Part shown: positions 46,664 to 49,773 of the stretch, one piece after another | How the letters are laid out: each line of letters opens with the position of its first letter | How positions within the stretch are numbered: the stretch's first letter is position 1 | DNA from: Minisyncoccota bacterium | GTDB lineage: Bacteria; Patescibacteriota; Minisyncoccia; Phycocordibacterales; Phycocordibacteraceae | Reading direction: 5' to 3' | NCBI GenBank assembly: GCA_038106525.1 | Contig: JAYOEC010000004.1 | Location: 1-49,773, forward strand | Length of the DNA stretch: 49,773 nt | Notes under the pieces: generated by a model | Database searches by the model: none | What the model was told of the DNA's origin: nothing | What the model saw: only the letters and a program-made list of their open reading frames with translations | Position numbers and translations under genes: made by a program

Positions 46664-48389
46664 GTTCATATTTCGCATCAGGATTATTGCAATCCTGCTG
46701 GTGCTCTGCACTGCAGGCATGCTTGCGAAACTCTACCTGGTACAAATTGTGCATGGGGGCGAGTACCGCGAGCAGGCAGAGAATCAACACATCACCCCGA
46801 GCGCGCATGTACTTGATCGGGGAACTATCTACTTTTCAGAACGCGACGGCTCTTTGATTTCTGCAGCGACTCTGACAAATGGATACACTGTGGCGCTGGT
46901 TCCCCGCGCTGTCAAAGATTCTGCACTGGCACTTTCGGTTGCCTCCGACCTCATTCCTGACATTGACCGCGAAACATTCCTTGCAAAAGCCGCTAAAGCA
47001 GATGATCCGTACGAGGAGATCGGCCGCCAGTATTCTGAGGACATTGGCTCGGCAATCCTTGCTGCAGCAGTGCCTGGACTCGAGGCGTACCGTGAACGAT
47101 GGCGCTCATATCCCGGCGACGAGCTTGCAGCACATGAAGTGGGATTTCTTGGGTTCGGCAACGGGACCGAACTCACCGGGCAATACGGCCTCGAACGCGC
47201 CTATGACGCGCAACTTACAAAGCCGACATCAGGACTTAAAATAAACTTTTTTGCAGATCTTTTTACGAATGTCGGAGGAAGCCTGTTTGGTTCCGATGAT
47301 GGACCCGGGGCGGATCTAATTACCTCTATCGAGCCAAGCGTTCAGGCATTTATAGAGGATGAACTTTTGCTGTATCAGCGCGAGTGGAATGCAAAAACAG
47401 TTGGTGCCATTGTTCTTGATCCAAAGACCGGCGAGGTGCTTGCCATGGCCTCGCGACCCACATTTAATCCAAATGATATTAAAAACGCTCGGCCAGATGT
47501 TCTCGCTAACCCAATGGTTGAACGGGTGTATGAATTTGGATCGATTGCAAAACCACTGACCATGGCAGCGGCGCTCGACGCGGGCGTGGTGGTGCAGTCG
47601 TCTACTTACACTGACACTGGCTCAGTGCAAATCGACGGCAAGACGATCTCCAATTTCGACAAACGGGCGCGCGGAGTTGTACCGATGCAGGAAATTCTTT
47701 CGCAGTCGCTCAATGTGGGTATCGCGCATCTTGTTCAAAAAATGGGTGCTGATACTGCCAAAGAGTACCTTTCCGCGTTTGGACTTACCGAGGAGACTGG
47801 TGTCGACCTTCCGGGAGAGGCATCGCCGCTTGTATCCAACCTCGAAAGTCCGCGAACTCTTGAGTTTGTAACTGCAGGATTCGGGCAGGGGATTGCAGTA
47901 ACTCCCATTGCTATGGCGCGCGCACTTGCAGCGCTTGCAAACGGTGGTCAACTGGTAGCACCGCACCTTGGTATTGAACTCAAGTATCCTGGCGGTGCTA
48001 CCCGTAGTATTGGATGGGCACCGCCCCGCGCTGCAGTTCAACCAGCTGCTGCGGAGGTTACCACGCGGATGCTCGTTGAGGTGGTTGACACCGCACTCAA
48101 AAACGGAAAGGCAAAAGTCCCTGAAATGAGCATCGCCGCAAAAACGGGCACTGCTCAAATTGCGGATCCCGTGCATGGAGGGTACTATGCAGACAGGTAC
48201 CTACACTCGTTTTTTGGGTACTTTCCTGCATACGACGCGCGATTTCTGATTTTCTTCTTTGCAGTCGAGCCGGTTGGCGCGCAGTATGCATCCGATACCT
48301 GGACGCTGCCATTCAAGCGGACCGTGTCATTCCTTACTACTTACTATCAGGTGCCGCCTGATCGGGCACCGATTACTACTGCCCCATGA
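46653..48389 (+). CDS. ftsI: class B PBP (FtsI/PBP3)
   Basis: RGTIY, SIAK, SLN, KTGT; dcw context. Confidence 0.9.
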   Translation: MRAKFIFRIRIIAILLVLCTAGMLAKLYLVQIVHGGEYREQAENQHITPSAHVLDRGTIYFSERDGSLISAATLTNGYTVALVPRAVKDSALALSVASDLIPDIDRETFLAKAAKADDPYEEIGRQYSEDIGSAILAAAVPGLEAYRERWRSYPGDELAAHEVGFLGFGNGTELTGQYGLERAYDAQLTKPTSGLKINFFADLFTNVGGSLFGSDDGPGADLITSIEPSVQAFIEDELLLYQREWNAKTVGAIVLDPKTGEVLAMASRPTFNPNDIKNARPDVLANPMVERVYEFGSIAKPLTMAAALDAGVVVQSSTYTDTGSVQIDGKTISNFDKRARGVVPMQEILSQSLNVGIAHLVQKMGADTAKEYLSAFGLTEETGVDLPGEASPLVSNLESPRTLEFVTAGFGQGIAVTPIAMARALAALANGGQLVAPHLGIELKYPGGATRSIGWAPPRAAVQPAAAEVTTRMLVEVVDTALKNGKAKVPEMSIAAKTGTAQIADPVHGGYYADRYLHSFFGYFPAYDARFLIFFFAVEPVGAQYASDTWTLPFKRTVSFLTTYYQVPPDRAPITTAP

Positions 48390-49675
48390 AAGAAATCGTA
48401 CGATCTCTCGTTGTTCGGATACTCACTCTCGAGGCGCTTTTTTTGTTACGGCGGCACCGTCCGCGCGTAGTCATGGTTACTGGATCGGTGGGCAAGACCT
48501 CGACCAAGGATGCAACCTTTGCTGCCTTTACTAAAACGCGGTTCGTGCGACGGAGTGAGAAGAGCTACAATTCTGACATCGGTGCTCCGCTTGCAGTTCT
48601 AGGGTTGCCAAATGGGTGGAATAGTCCGCTTCAGTGGGTCCGGAACATTATTGACGGGGCGTTGCTTGTGCTTGCACACACTCCATATCCTGAGTGGCTG
48701 ATCGTTGAGGTTGGGGCGGATCGTCCTGGCGACATCACCCGCTCTCTTACATGGCTGAAACCTGAGGTGGTTATCGCAACACATTTCCCCGCAGTGCCAG
48801 TCCATGTTGAGTTTTACGACTCACCGAGGGCAGTGGTGGCAGAGGAGCTTGCCCCGCTTACCTGGCTCTCGCCAGGAGGCGTTGCGGTGATCAATGGCGA
48901 CGATGGTGCAGCATCCTCATTTGAGCTACCGGAGGGTGTCGAGCGCATTACCTACGGATTTTCAAACACTGCAGCAGTGCGGATCACCCGCCTACGAACA
49001 CTCGTAGCGAAAGGGAAGCCTACCGGAATCAGTTTTGATGTCTCGTGGGGGTCAGAGAGGGCGCATGTGTCGCTAAGCGGGGTTTTAGGCGCTGCGCACG
49101 CCACTGCTGTCGCCGCAGGAATTGCGGCAGCAGTAGGAACTGGTATGAGCTTGGAGGATGCGGTGAGCGGAGCCAGCGCCTATGAAGCACCGCCGGGCCG
49201 TATGCGCATTATTACAGGCACTGCAGGGATAACGCTCATTGATGACAGCTACAACGCGTCTCCGGCAGCCGTATTGCAAGGTCTTGAGGCGCTGCGATCA
49301 ATCAGTGGAGCGGGGAAGCGGATTGCAGTTCTTGGTGACATGCTCGAGCTCGGAGCGTACTCGATTCAGGAACATGTACGAATCGGCAAGGCTGCAGCCG
49401 AGGCAGCTGATGTCCTCATAACTGTTGGCGTGCGGGCGCGCGGCATCGCAGCAGGGGCGCTTGAGGCTGGGATGTCAGGAGAGAGTATTGCTCAATTTGA
49501 ACGCGGATCTGACGCAGCCACACATCTCGCCGCACTTGCTGAAGAGAGAGATGTGTTGTTTATAAAGGGCTCGCAAGGGATGCGGATGGAGCGGGTGGTA
49601 CGGGCGCTCATGGCAGATCCGTCTGAAGCAGCAAAACTTCTGTGTCGCCAGGATCCAGAGTGGATGCTTCGGTAG
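48386..49675 (+). CDS. murF: UDP-MurNAc-tripeptide--D-Ala-D-Ala ligase
   Basis: TGSVGKTSTK, DDSYNASP, LGDMLELG, KGSQ. Confidence 0.93.
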   Translation: MKEIVRSLVVRILTLEALFLLRRHRPRVVMVTGSVGKTSTKDATFAAFTKTRFVRRSEKSYNSDIGAPLAVLGLPNGWNSPLQWVRNIIDGALLVLAHTPYPEWLIVEVGADRPGDITRSLTWLKPEVVIATHFPAVPVHVEFYDSPRAVVAEELAPLTWLSPGGVAVINGDDGAASSFELPEGVERITYGFSNTAAVRITRLRTLVAKGKPTGISFDVSWGSERAHVSLSGVLGAAHATAVAAGIAAAVGTGMSLEDAVSGASAYEAPPGRMRIITGTAGITLIDDSYNASPAAVLQGLEALRSISGAGKRIAVLGDMLELGAYSIQEHVRIGKAAAEAADVLITVGVRARGIAAGALEAGMSGESIAQFERGSDAATHLAALAEERDVLFIKGSQGMRMERVVRALMADPSEAAKLLCRQDPEWMLR

Positions 49676-49700
49676 CTTGTCTGTGGTATAGTCTGCACGC

Positions 49701-49772
49701 GGCCTCATCGTCTAACGGTTAGGACAGCGCCCTCTCAAGGCGCAAATCCGGGTTCGATTCCCGGTGGGGTCA
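49701..49772 (+). tRNA. tRNA-Glu(CTC)
   Basis: GGCCTCA acceptor, GCGCC-CT-CTC-AA-GGCGC anticodon arm, GGTTCGATTCC T-loop. Confidence 0.96.
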
Positions 49773-49773
49773 C

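Noticed and set aside
1-49773. Recoded TGA (genetic code 25, Gracilibacteria type)
   Set aside because: Long genes are intact under code 11 and TGA serves as stop (e.g. 28872, 41131, 48389).

Overview
A 49.8-kb bacterial chromosome segment using genetic code 11. The compact, metabolism-poor gene set (two mreB, class I LysRS, helicase-degenerate PriA, Gmad2 and SWIB proteins) suggests Patescibacteria/CPR, probably Parcubacteria; this is an inference. In order, it holds a Trx/DipZ redox module, class I aldolase, nrdAB, cysS, FKBP, tgt and uvrB/uvrA. Next come a circularly permuted ATP-grasp protein and a LexA/UmuD-like repressor plus Y-family polymerase behind a perfect CGAAC-N4-GTTCG operator. 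An accessory islet around tRNA-Asn follows, with a type II R-M pair, tandem SciP/DUF1153 genes, an exported protein with scattered Hcp-like motifs and a degenerate nucleotidyltransferase. The window ends with hpf, fmt/def/priA, murA, mreB, holB, frr, rseP, proS, mreBCD-pbp2, greA, lysS, the start of the dcw cluster and tRNA-Glu. Two window-wide signals stand out. (1) A manual scan found no ACGT in the window (~190 expected), and ACGT is the likely target of the resident HpyCH4IV-like R-M system. (2) Most transcription units look leaderless, with a -10 box 6-10 nt before the start codon; this pattern also exposes small ORFs missed by the ORF track.
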